From Fistulifera solaris (taxonomy: Eukaryota), in contig AP026164.1 of the NCBI GenBank assembly GCA_030295235.1, positions 1,550,001 through 1,614,000 of the forward strand: a stretch of DNA of 64,000 nt, written 5' to 3'. A program made the translations under genes and the position numbers. The notes beneath the pieces are model-generated. The model was given only the letters and a program-made list of their open reading frames with translations. It was not told the origin of the DNA and searched no databases. Shown piece after piece: positions 22,140 to 34,131 of the stretch (the first letter of the stretch is position 1; every line of letters starts with the position of its first letter).

Positions 22140-25100
22140 TTGCACCGTACGCCGAAGCTGCCCCCGTCTATTTATGCCCTCCCTGCTTTGCATCAAGTGC
22201 ATGTCGCTGGAAAGCCTACCATGGCGGATCTGTTTCCGGTTATTTGGGATACTGGAGCCACAGTTGCTGTTACTTTCGACCGTGCTGACTTCACGTCCTA
22301 CACTCCGACTACTGGCGATAAAGTTTTGTCTGGCTTTGCTGCAGGTTCTTCGATTGCCGGCACGGGCACTCTTGAGTGGACTGTTACTCTGTCCAACGGC
22401 AAGGGCTTTACTTTTCGGATCCCTGGGCTACATGTGCCCGATGCCAATGTCCGACTCTTCAGCCCACAGTCCTACTGTCAATTGGTGAAGGCTTAAACGT
22501 AACGACGAACCGCGTTTTTCAGGCGACTCGAGCCTCATTCATGTCGATCTGTTGGACGGCCACTTTCTTGATATTGTTTACTCTCCGGAAAACAACTTGC
22601 CTACTCTGGAGATGTTCCGAAAACAATCTGTTGCTCTCAATGCTGCAAAGATTCAAACTGTGTGACCGCTAGGCTGAGAATCAAAACTTGAGTGAAGCAC
22701 AGAAATTTCTTCTTCGCTTACATTTCCGATTTGTTCACCGAAGCATGAAAAATATTCAAGCCTTGCTCAAAACCGGCGCTCTCGGAAATTCTGCTGAAGT
22801 CAAAGCGGCGGCGTTGTGATATTCCCAAGTGCGCTGCTTGCATGTATGGAAAAGGAAAGCGCAAGTCGACTGGAGCAAAATTGACCGTCGATCGCCAATC
22901 CAAAGTTCTCTCGAAGGATATTTTAATTCCGGGGCCAGAAGGTTTCAATGGATCACTTCTCTGTTTCAACGAGGGGACGTCTCTACTCTGGTTTCGGTGG
23001 TACCAAAGATGATGAGAAGTTCAAAGGCGGTGTGATTTTTGTCGATCATGCAAGTGGATTCGTGTACGCCGTTCACGTTTTGAATTTTACTGCTGGCGAG
23101 GCTTTGGCGCCAAGTTGGAGTTCGAAAGTGCAATGGCTAATCACGGCATCACGGTGGTCCAATATCATACCGACAATGGCACGCTTACGGGCGCAGGAGT
23201 TCACAAAGCAAATTGATACGAACTACCAGTCGATGACTCTCAGTGGACCTGGTGCTCACCACCAAAATGCTGTTGCTGAGCGCGCGATCGGAAGTATTAT
23301 ATCTCTTGCACGCACCACGATGCTACATGCTAAACTGCGTTGGCCGGCGATTTCTTCGGATTTGTGGCCTCAGGCGATCGATTATGTCGTTCAAAATTTC
23401 AACTACGGACCCGGCGAAAATAATTCATCTCCGGCTGATATGATCTTCAGAACAACGACCGATCGAAAAGTGTTTGCTGATATGCATGTATGGGGATCAC
23501 CCGCGTATATTTTGAACCCTCAATTGCAAGATGGGCACAAGATTCCAAAATTTGAACCTCGCTCGAGGGCGTTTTCTTGGGTTTGTCAAAGCGGCATGCA
23601 TCGAATGTTCCTGTCGTTCTGAACCTAGAAACAAACCGGATTTCCGCGCAGTTCCATGTTGTTGTTGATGATTGGTTTGCCACTGTTTCAATGTCGCTAA
23701 TGAGGATGATTCTGTCGATCCGGAGACTTGGGCCGACATCTTCGCATCATCTCGCTTTCAGGTATTTTTCGATGAGGATGATCCGATCGACTTGGATGAT
23801 GAATGGTTGAGTCAAGATGAGTTGCATGTTCGAATTCAAGAGCGATCTCGCAAAATTCGAAGCGTCCAAGACACTGCTAGCCCTCCAGTTGATTTCGACA
23901 AAGTGCACCAGCGATTACGAACCGATGCCGAGCCTACAACTGAAAAGAGTTCAAACGAGCCTACATTGCAGAGGGAGCCAGAACAAAAGACAGTTACTAC
24001 TCCTGTTAAATTATCTGAGCCTATTTCAAAGCCGGTTGAGCCGATTCCTGCTCCAAAGGTTGCTGTGGATGCCAAGCCTCCATCAAGTTCGCCGGAAGAA
24101 GACACCAGCTGTTCCTGCCGAACCTCGCCGATCCACTCGCGAGAGACGTGCTCCAAAGAGATTCAATGAATTTATTACAAACGTTGCTTCGGTTGTTCTT
24201 GGCGCCGATTCCTCGCTAAACTTTCTCTTTTATTGCGTCGATTCATTCCGGCCTTGTTGCTTGTTGGGATTCGGAGATCGGCGAGTTTGATTTGCGCGAC
24301 CCTTGCTTTTGCGCTATGCAGCGTGCAAAGAAGCCAAAGAAAGGTTCCGATCCCGACTATCCAATGTATCATCAAGCAATGTCGTCTGCCGAATATCGAG
24401 AATGGCAAGAGGCGATGGTGAAAGAAATTCGAATGTTGGAGATGATGGGGACGTGGAAGAAAATTCAGCGAGCTTCAGTACCCGCGAATAAGCGTGATAA
24501 AATCCACTTGGGCGTTTCGGCTTAAACGTTCACCGGATGGGACACCCACGGTACAAGGCGAGGTTTTGTGTTCGTGGCGACATGGAGATAAAAGGAGTAG
24601 ACTACTTGAGTCCTACTCTCCTGTCGTACAGTGGTCCACAGTTCGGTTGCTGTTAATTATGTCCATTGTCCACGGAATGCATACCCGCCAAGTTGATTAT
24701 GTCAATGCGTTTGCTCAAGCCCCTTTGCCACCTACTGAAGAGTGCTACATTGAGATGCCTCAAGGATTTCACGACGATGGCGAAGACACTGTTTTGATGC
24801 TCCAGAAGACGCTTTACGGAAAGTCCGACAGTCCACTCCGATTCTTCAACTTGTTGAAGGACACTTTGGAGAAGCATGGTTTCAAACAGTTGGTCGACAT
24901 CGATGCTTGCCTGTTCGTGCACGAAAATTATTTGTTTGACTTATGTCGATGATTGCCTTTGGTTCAGTCTCGATGAAAAGTGCATGGATGACATGATTGA
25001 CACTATTGACAAGGTTTTAACTTTAACTGTGGAGTCGAAAGATGTTTCCGGCGTTCTTGGGAATTCAGTTTACCCGTCGTGGAGATACTATCGAGTTGAC

Positions 25101-25967
25101 CCAGAAAGGTCTCATTAAACGCCGTCATCGAAGCCACCGACATGGCTGATTGTAATTCTTGCGACACGCCTGCTGAAAACAAGCCATTGGGAAAAGATTT
25201 GGCTGGTGCTGCGTTTGCCGAAGTCTTGGAATTATGCTTCGGTTGTCGGAATGTTGCTCTACTTGTCGTCAAACTCTCGACCGGATATTGCATTTGCTGT
25301 CCACCAGTGCGCCGCTTCACTCATTCACCACGGCAAAGTCATGCTAAAGCAATCAAGAGAATAGTGCGTTATTTAAAAGGAACGGCCGATCGTGGTTTGG
25401 TGATGCGTCCGACGAAAGAGTTGAAAATTGATTGTTTTGTTGATGCCGACTTTGCCGGATTGTGGGGTGCGGAAGATCCTGAAGATCCGATAAGTGTGAA
25501 GTCGCGTACTGGTTATATTTTGACGCTCGGCAATTGCCCCCTACTTTGGGTATCGAAGCTACAGTCTGAAATCTCTCTAAGTACGATGGAGAGTGAATAT
25601 GTCGCATTGAGTACCGCCATGCGCGATGTTTTGCCGATGCGAAGACTTGTTACTGCTGTTGCTAAGGCTATTACTGGAGAAGACCAAGTCGAGAGCATTG
25701 CCCATTCGGATGTATTTGAAGACAACAATGGAGCGCTCACTCTTGCTACAATTCCGCGGATGACCCCTCGCTCGAAGCACTATGGCACGAAATATCATTT
25801 CTTCCCGACAACATGTTCAAAGTGGTGAATTGAAAATCAACAAGATTGACACTAAAGAACAGCTTGCGGATATCATGACGAAAGGATTGCCTAGGGAAAC
25901 GTTTACCTATCTTCGAGACAAGTTAATGGGTTGGGTTGAAAGTGATCCCTCTTCGTCTGAGAGGGAG
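22140..25967 (+). CDS. Retrotransposon Pol (protease, integrase, reverse transcriptase, RNase H), broken by several frameshifts
   Basis: PVIWDTGAT (PR); DHFS...IFVDHASG, HHQNAVAERAI (IN); SYSPVVQWSTVR, QVDYVNAFAQA, TYVDD (RT); FVDADFAG, STMESEYVALS, EDNNGAL, QLADIMTKGL (RH). Confidence 0.92.
25959..25967 (+). other. Polypurine tract
   Basis: GAGAGGGAG immediately before the TG of the 3' LTR. Confidence 0.88.
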
Positions 25968-26419
25968 TGTCACGGAAATGCGGATAGCGGGCAGACTACT
26001 AGGGACTCAGCCAATATGGCCGCACGACCTAATCGCGAATTCCGATCCCCAAATCGGAAGCATCCGAATGTAACCTCTTGGGCGAGGCCCAAGGGTCTTT
26101 GCACGATTTGGGTTGATCGTGAAGGCGTGAAAGGTTTGCAAGCAACGCGATACAAGAATGTTAGAGCCACATACGTGAGCTCAGAATTTCAAGATAAAAC
26201 AAGACCTAGTCCGATGGCAGTGACATTCTCGGCGGAACCATCACCCAGTGAGATTCCACCTTGTTCATTTGTCGGATTTGTAAAGGCTTCATAATATTGT
26301 TGTTTGGAAAACTTTGACTGTTTATCGTCTTAGCTCTACCAGATACTTCCTCTTCTGTTGTTGCGAAACGTAGCGACTTGGTTGACAGAATTTCTGTTTC
26401 TGTCCGTCGATACGTGAGA
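25968..26419 (+). repeat. 3' LTR (TG...GA)
   Basis: Near-identical copy of 19320-19771, followed by the TSD TTCTA. Confidence 0.95.
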
Positions 26420-26781
26420 TTCTAATCGAACAAGACTTTCCTTCATTTTTAAAACTCCGCGTGCAAACGTCAGAAGTGTTTTCAATATTTGTCTCACAAT
26501 TGTTACCCTTCAAGTCAAGCCGCATTTGTTGCGTTTTCATTTTTTTAGCGGACGAGACCTTAGCCACTACTGTAAAGTGTCGCTGCGTAAACTACTATGT
26601 ATCTTCACAAATGTATCAAAAACCAGACAGGTGAAAAGCTTATTCTGTAAAAACTGTTCCAAGCCTCTGTATAGAGGGTTTGAGCTTATTTACGGAGCGT
26701 CTCATGATGACCGCTTTGAAAAACGCTGTTGATCGCCAAGCGCCGCAGGCCGCAATCATTATACCTCAAACCTTTTGCAAC

Positions 26782-27342
26782 ATGAAAAAGACTCCCGCCG
26801 GCGAAGTTGTTATCGTTCCTCGTAACTTCAAACTACTCGAGGAGTTAGAGAAGAGCGAGAAAGGCCATGGCGACATGTCAATCTCATTCGGATTGGCCAA
26901 GTCCGACGATACTTTTCTCACAGAATGGAACGGTGGAATCCTCGGTCCTCTTGGGGTGAGTTAGTTGGCGTGCAAAATAGAGCTATTTTCTTCTTGTTTT
27001 TAAAGAAATCGCTAACACATTTTTACTATGCTATTTTTAATCTGTGGTGTGGCTATTTTTATCAAATATTTACAGACAACTTTTGTGGATCGATTCTACG
27101 AACTCAGGATTCATTGCCCCGAGGATTACCCCGCCGTTCCGCCCAATGTCCGTTTCGTGACAAAAATCAATATGAATTGTGTCGATAGCAAGACAGGCGT
27201 TGTGAGCCCCAGCAAATTGCCAGCCATCAAGAACTGGAACCGAAACATGGGTATTGAGCAAGTTTTGCAATCTCTTCGAATGGAAATGTGCAGCGACGCG
27301 AACCGAAGGTTGCGACAACCGGCAGAAGGTGGAACGTTTTAG
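26782..27342 (+). CDS. MMS2: Ubiquitin-conjugating enzyme E2 variant (MMS2/UEV1); intron 26956-27075
   Basis: VIVPRNFKLLEELEKSEKG...WNGGILGP|...RFYELRIHCPEDYPAVPPNVRFVTKINMNCV...RLRQPAEGGTF. Confidence 0.93.
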
Positions 27343-27405
27343 AAGACATTGAAGTGATTAATCCATTCTTTCAAAGCTGGACATTCTTACTTTCAACTCT
27401 CTAAA

Positions 27406-28222
27406 TTATGACACGAGGAGACCGTTTCTTATTCGATAGCGTTCAAATGCTTCCTTCACCTTTAGTGCTCTCACTTCTTCCTTCGTTAGTTCACACGCGC
27501 CTTGATCGGATCTTTTCACTAGAGGCTCAGCAAAAGTATTTCTATCGGTTCTCAAAGATTCTGACCAACCTTGCCCGTTAGCGGCTCCTCTCGTTTGGTC
27601 CATATTAGAAGTGACTGATTTGATGCTTTCGTTTTTCGCCGTCCCACCTAATGCTGTATTATTGTTCAAATTTCCGTAAAAAGACGCTATGCCTAGTCCT
27701 CCAACTTTCTTTGTAACATCGTTTTCTTCATCCTCTTTGCGCTGTTGCTCGTCTTGTGCAAGCCACAGTTCACGCTCTTCCAGCTTCTTTCGGTAAGCAG
27801 CAGTGACGAATTTTTTCTTTTCCTCGAAAATCTTGCTCGATTTCCTCTAACGCCTGCTCTCTGGCTATTTTCTTTTCGTAAACAATATCTCTTTCATGTT
27901 TCCGCTTCTTGGCTGCTTCCAAAAGATCCGCAATGTACCGACTTTTGCGATCATCGTCTATCGCTTCCTCTTGTTCGGCAGTCGGATCTTTGTGAAACGA
28001 TTCGTAAGCACCATCGTAATCATAAACACTAGCATCCGTTATCTGCGTCGCTTTTTGCGCTCGCATTTTCATCGCATCTTGCTCACTTCGCACCGCTTGG
28101 TTTACCCCGTATCTGGAAGATGGTTCGGCGTAATCGTCATCCTCTCCGAAAACATTAGAGTGGGCCTTTTTCGATGGCGCCTTTTTTTTCGACGCTGCTG
28201 CAGCAGATATATTGATGTTCAT
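27406..28222 (-). CDS. NSRP1: Nuclear speckle splicing regulatory protein 1-like (DUF2040); frameshift at ~27810
   Basis: DASVYDYDGAYE; KSRYIADLLEAAKKRKHERDIVYEKKIARE; FRGKEK(FVTAAYRKK); AFERYRIR tail. Confidence 0.82.
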
Positions 28223-29005
28223 GACAGCAGTAGACTCGTAATATTCGAGCCAGATGTATACATCTGGATTAACATGCAAGTTCTTGTCTTAAGTAGTTTA
28301 TTATACGTAGAATCATGTTGGTCACCTCAACTAACCTCAACCCTTTGCCTCAACTCTCAACCAGTCTTAGCGTGATTCATGAAAGAGTGTAAACCGAGAT
28401 GGACTAGTTCGCTTAATCTATTCGATCTCCCCGCTGCTGTTGTTGACGCAACAACTACCAGAGATAATAAAATGTCCTTCCTTCCAGTGGCTACGTCTAT
28501 GTGAACATTAGTTGGTCGAAACCGAGAAGAATATATTCTTCGAATTGGAGCTAGTTAGATACAAGAAAGTGATAGAGAGGATATTGCAAATACCAGTACC
28601 TGGTACCAATTCAGTTGTGTGACACCCTCAAAAAGCAAAAAGCTGAACACTCGACAATCTATCACTGCTGCAACGTAACGACGTGGTCATCTTTGAACAA
28701 TTTACTACTTTCATTGTACAAGTTTATCTAGCAAAAGTCCAAGTGGCATTCATTTGTAGAACGTTGATTATTAGGACGAATCAGGTCCGACGAATCCTAG
28801 TAACACTAGCTCAAAAATTCAGTTACACGTAAAGTCACCAGCGCTTACTAAAACCGGCATCAAGTTTAGGAGTTGCTAAATGAAATTATGTTACAGTGGT
28901 GTACTATGCTTGCATAGATCTACCTTTGCGACGGCGAACATTATTTATTCATACGTGGGCAAACACTACCCTTCAACCAACAAACGTCTCATTTCTTCCA
29001 GAACA

Positions 29006-29827
29006 TTAAATTAAAGCCCTTCTTTTTGTTCTTTTGTTAATTTCCCGGGGATTGGCATGCGGAGCACTACTGCTATTCCCCGTCCAAGCAGACACCCTAG
29101 CTTGCTCATCTTTCACCCCTAACGCCACGGCCTTTTTTAGCTGCTCCAGCGAATTATGTAGGGAAACTTCACGAATTTTTTCCCAATCAAGCGAGTCCAG
29201 ACTTTTCCCATCAAGCCTTGATGCGTTGATCGCCTTCAGTACAGCTTGACGATGCTTCCATTTATTCCTGGCATCTTCTCGAGAACTTCCTGTGATCGTC
29301 CCCTCGAGACCACGTATAGAATTGTTATCTTCGTCAAACTTCAAGTCACCACTGACGTGATTTCTCCATCTAAAGACTGTGACTTTAACATCGTTATCGA
29401 ACCTATCAAAGTCTGATCCATCCAACCAGTAGTTTTTCTTGTCCTCGTCAGCAACAGCCTCCACCTCATGTATTGTCTCGAGCTCCTCGTCGTTGTCCGG
29501 AAACTTCACTTTTCGTTTCGCCGCCTCTTGAGGAGTAAGAGGAGGGTCCTTTCCCTCCAGCCGGTGGCGTTCGGACCTCGTGAGGAAACTGGAATAACTG
29601 TAATTGCGAGGGATATTGCCAGGTGTATTCCTGTTGCTACGAATCTTTTGCATTTCAGGTACATCGCCATCTTCCTCGTCATCGCTACCTGAAAGCTCTA
29701 ATACGCCTTTATCATCTCTACCGCCCTCAGCAAAGAAATCCTCTTCGTCCTCATCGTGTACCTTGCCATCTTCTGTACTTGAGAAGTTCGGTAATTCCAT
29801 GATTCTGCTTGCCACTTCAACGTTCAT
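29006..29827 (-). CDS. Hypothetical protein of the diatom VxF...W...RGLE-motif type
   Basis: 273-aa ORF; KVKF...IHEV...KNYW...SDF and SIRGLE...HRQAVL; acidic N-terminus. Confidence 0.65.
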   Translation of the reverse strand: MNVEVASRIMELPNFSSTEDGKVHDEDEEDFFAEGGRDDKGVLELSGSDDEEDGDVPEMQKIRSNRNTPGNIPRNYSYSSFLTRSERHRLEGKDPPLTPQEAAKRKVKFPDNDEELETIHEVEAVADEDKKNYWLDGSDFDRFDNDVKVTVFRWRNHVSGDLKFDEDNNSIRGLEGTITGSSREDARNKWKHRQAVLKAINASRLDGKSLDSLDWEKIREVSLHNSLEQLKKAVALGVKDEQARVSAWTGNSSSAPHANPREINKRTKRRALI

Positions 29828-30535
29828 CGTCTTCTTTAGCGAAATAAGCTGCTGTCAGGGTTTCGACTCGATCGGTGTCACTGAAACTGTGATGTGCTGA
29901 AAGATACGCTTTATTAATCTTTCATCAACGATAAGCCATGAGATTCTTGCCGATTCGTGTTTATTTTGACGTTGTTTCGTTTCCTCACCAGGGTTTACTT
30001 TCATTCGACACGCATCGCGCTTACTTTGTACTCTACAGCTACACAGTGATGATTCCTAGGTTGGTCCTTTGCTGACTGCTGACGCGACAAAGAAGACTAA
30101 AACGACTTCGGTCGTGAGTTGCTTGGCATCGCAAATACTGCACCAAAATATGAGCCATAAAATAGTCCTTAGCTCGAACCGCGCACACAGCCCACACAGG
30201 CTCTTGGTCGGGGTGTAGATCTGCGCTTTATACGGTTGACTTAGCAATCGGCACCAATGGCGCATACTGGTAGACTAGAGAGGTTATGGTCGTGTCGTCT
30301 ATCAAGGGCAATGATTCCTGTTGCACCGACCAGCGATTACAGCTGATGATCTAATTTCTCCGTGCATACAAAATGAATGTCAGCGATGTTCTAGCTGGTC
30401 GATCCGTTTACTTCGAGGAATCATTTTTCAAATCCATTCTATGAATTATCTGCAGTTAAACCTCTACAGGAAGTCGCTCTAGTCATGTTGAGACTCCAGA
30501 CGCAGCACTCCGCGCGAAGGATGTACAAACAGCCA

Positions 30536-33500
30536 TTACACCCAGAAATAGCCCTTGTTTCCTCCGTTCGCCGGGTTAGTTCCATTCGAGGCAACCGCTG
30601 AGCTCGTCGATGACGGGTGTGGCGGATTATCTGTTCGGGGTGGTGGGGAGGCGGCGGACTTGGCGGCCGGGCTGATTTATCGTCGGTTGACCCGAAAAAT
30701 GATTTTTCAGCTTTCGCCAGCTCGGAAAGAAACGAATTCCATACATCACTTGAAACCGACGGCGGTGTCTTCTCATCTTCTTCTGGCGGGGGCACTGCCA
30801 CCGGAACTTGTGGCGGAGGCGATGAGACAGGTACATGCTGAGGCTTGAACTCCTCATATGAGTGCTTCGATTCCGAGGGCGACTTTGCTATCCGACCCGC
30901 GATCATAGAATCGTTATTTTGCGCCAGCGTAGTGTTTGTCGGACTCGTTTTGTTCAAAAGAGCAGGACTGCGGCGAGAAAACAAACCTGCTCTAGACTTG
31001 CTGGGAGCTTGTCGAACGCTTACACCTGCATGAGCTAGTGCTCGTGGAGTGTTAACTTTGGTCTCTGCCGCATCAGTCACAGCTTGTGGCGAAGTAGGCT
31101 TTGCCGGTGAACGAAAGTGCGAAGACATCCCAGGAAAGCAGATGCTTTTGAACTCTCATCATCTGGGTAGCTAGAATCCCTCGAAAAAGATCGACCTATC
31201 ATTTGTTTCTGATCATCAGAAATGTACCGAGATGCTAATGGTCTCGGCTCTTCCGTAGTGTATAGAGAATCATCGTCCGACATGACATCACTGTACGCAG
31301 GTGAAGGTGGACGCTGAGAATTATTGTCATCTGAATCGTCGTCCTTCTCCCGGAAGACAATCCTACCCGGTTCCTCGTCATCTTCGTGGCCATTGTCAAC
31401 GCTCACGGAAGGTGTAACAGGCACAGGTTGCACCGGAGTTGCATTGTGTTGCTGGTTCTTTACATTGTTCACAGTCGACTCGTTGGACGAATTAGTAGCT
31501 CGCGTGATAGCGGGAGATATTTGTTTTCCACTTGATTGCTGAGTTTTCATATTATTTAAAGTCGACTCGTTGGACGAATCTACAGTTCGCCCAAAAACAG
31601 GAGAAATTTGTTGATTACCCCCAGCAGCAACTTCAAAGCCAATTTGTTCCTCAGAGTCGGAGTCTCCTTTGTCCTGCCCATACTTTTGGTAGTACGTATC
31701 TGCAAGTGACATACCAGGCATTGACATTGACATTGGCGTTGTCAGCGTCTGGTCAGTGTAGAAGAATGATTCCGTGGCAGACTGCTCCATCAATTCCTCA
31801 TTACGCCTTTCCCTCATGATTTCTTCCAGAGCTTCTTTTTCCGCATTTCTGCAGGCTTGTTCATATGCGAGCTGTTGTGATTTTAGCTCTGAACTCAGAT
31901 CTTTCTTCGACGTGGCATTTCTTCGGCACACAATACAGACGGCTAAGGCGACCATGCATGCAGCGATGCTGACCGCAGCCGCGGCAACATAACCGGACGA
32001 TTTTTTCTGATCATTGTTTGGATTTTGTTGATCGATTTCTCCCGGAACCATGGTTCCTGCAGTTGGAAGTGCAGTTGTGGGCGTGTCGGTTGCATCTGGA
32101 GCTGGAACGATTGGGATTTCCGTGTTTTGTGTCTGTTCAATAGGCGACCTTGTCGGTGCCGGTACTTCTGCTGGTCTTGCTATGGGCGAGCTGGTCGGTG
32201 CAATCGTAGATCTACCCCCTACAATCACAGAAATAATGTTCCCATCGATATCTCCAAAATACAACTCGTTTCCTGACTCAGATAGAGCGAAATCAGCTTC
32301 AATGCTAGTATCACAAGTGCCCGCGGTGTCGCAATCCATCACCCAATTGACCTCTCCTCCAATGGCATCATACTGGGAAACACGTCCATTTGACTAGGAT
32401 TGCAAGTAAGTTACTGTTTGTTACAGTCATTAGACGAAGTCTCAACAAACTTACCTCGATCGTATAAACCACATCTCCACTCAATACTGGTGAAGCTTCA
32501 ATGAGACTCTCGGTGTCCACAGTCCAAGCAGATACACCGTCTTGCAGCATCACCGCAGTGAACTGTGGACCCGCTGAAGCCACAAAGGCCATTTCTCCGG
32601 TTGATGAAAATATTGGTGTTGACAAGATCGCTGCATGCTTGTCAGTGGTTTTGATCGTACACTAGCAATCATACAGAACACCGCAAAACGAAGACACTTA
32701 CGTGCATCTGCGTTAGCAGGATTTTCATCCACAAAGCGTTGCCAGCGCGGAGCTTTATTTTCAACTTGGAACTCCGCCGAAAGAACATCTGATAGATCAT
32801 TTTCACCTACGTATCCCGTGAGACTCGCTCCTTGCTCTGCTATAATGAGCTCCATGTTTTCACTCAAAAGAGGCGCTGTCACCGAGGAACGGAGGAACGT
32901 AGAAATATTGATGAATCTAAAAGGCGCAGATTGATCCTCTCTATTTCCTTGTTCCCTTTCGCGTCCTCCCCCACCTCCTTCGTTTCCGCCTCCACCCTCT
33001 TCCACTTGTTCAATCAGCACATATAGCCCTCCTTCCTCAGAGAGACCATTGTCGCGATTCGAAGCAACCGCTAGAGCATCTTGATTATCTACTGTTACCA
33101 GGGAGGGTGGACCTAAAGTTGTGTCGTCTGTTATAAAGCTTCCAACTGTTACAGGCTCTCCTTCGCCTTCCAGTCGGAATATGGTTATCCCTCCTACGTC
33201 TGTGTTATGCACGACGTAGACATACTGTTCGCTCACTTGAGGGGTGCCGATAGCCCGTCCGTTGACAGATACACTCCAAACCAAAGCTCCGTCTTCTAAA
33301 TTGACACACAGGACCCGACTGGTCGTTTCCGTGTCATCTCGCGCCGCGTGAACGACCGAGTAAATTGCCAAGTCTCCGCGCAAAAGAGATATACCCGACG
33401 AACTCGATAATTCTTGCCCTGCCGTTGTTTCGGGCGTGAATGCGTACGTGATGGTGTCATCAGTAGGGTCGAAACGAACCAAGGACCCCTCTGCCGTTGT

Positions 33501-33668
33501 TGCTACCACAGAATTGACGTATTCGATCAAAGCATTTCCACGTTGAAACGTCAAATTAGGGAGTTGAAATTTGGAACGCAAGCGCGGTTCGAGGAGTAGC
33601 TGGGCTTTCACAGGCAATGCCAGCAGTAGGAAAGTGCACAGGCAGTAAAATAAAGAAGGCGATTCCAT
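30536..33668 (-). CDS. Single-pass membrane protein with PQQ-like beta-propeller ectodomain, P/T-rich stalk and disordered cytosolic tail; two introns and frameshifts
   Basis: Signal peptide; CVNLEDGALVWSV and AVMLQDGVSAWTV repeats; LYFGDIDGNI; TM YVAAAAVSIAACMVALAVCIVC. The likely end GYFWV* at 30536 requires an indel correction. Confidence 0.7.
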
Positions 33669-34131
33669 GTTAATTGTGATGAAATAGGAACATCACTTCC
33701 ATTGTTTTGTCATTTTGTTCTGAAAGGGTTGAATTGGCCGTTGAATTACTACGTACAGCTGCATGGCTTTCCATGCAAAAAATTGCCCCGTCGTGCCGTC
33801 GTGCCGTCGCGCCATCCGTTGAAGCATACTTTGTAATCGATTGTCCGTTCAAAAAATGTTCGTCTAAAAGGAGTGTACTGAATCTGACACAGAGTAGTAC
33901 GAAAAGCCCGCGCATTGGTGGTGCGCGCCGGACCCCTTATAAAGCCTTGCTATGTATAAATGAAACGACGCCTACAAAAACCATATTGACAAGGACAACG
34001 GGACTGGGTGTGTCATGAAAGTAAGCTAACTATGATTGAATATGACTTCTTAGCCGAGACACTGCAAATGCACTTCAAGAGCCCGACTGCTGAATGAAAA
34101 TTATGAGGTAGCGGGGCATTTATAATACCAT

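Larger units (their letters stand above)
19320..26419 (+). mobile_element. Full-length Ty1/copia (CoDi-like) LTR retrotransposon with 5-bp TSD TTCTA
   Basis: Two 452-bp LTRs; TSD at 19315-19319 and 26420-26424; domain order gag, PR, IN, RT, RH; PBS and PPT present. Confidence 0.97.

Noticed and set aside
25782..26294. Pol ORF extending through the 3' LTR as a possible extra domain
   Set aside because: The frame depends on two indels that differ between the LTR copies, and no recognisable domain is encoded.
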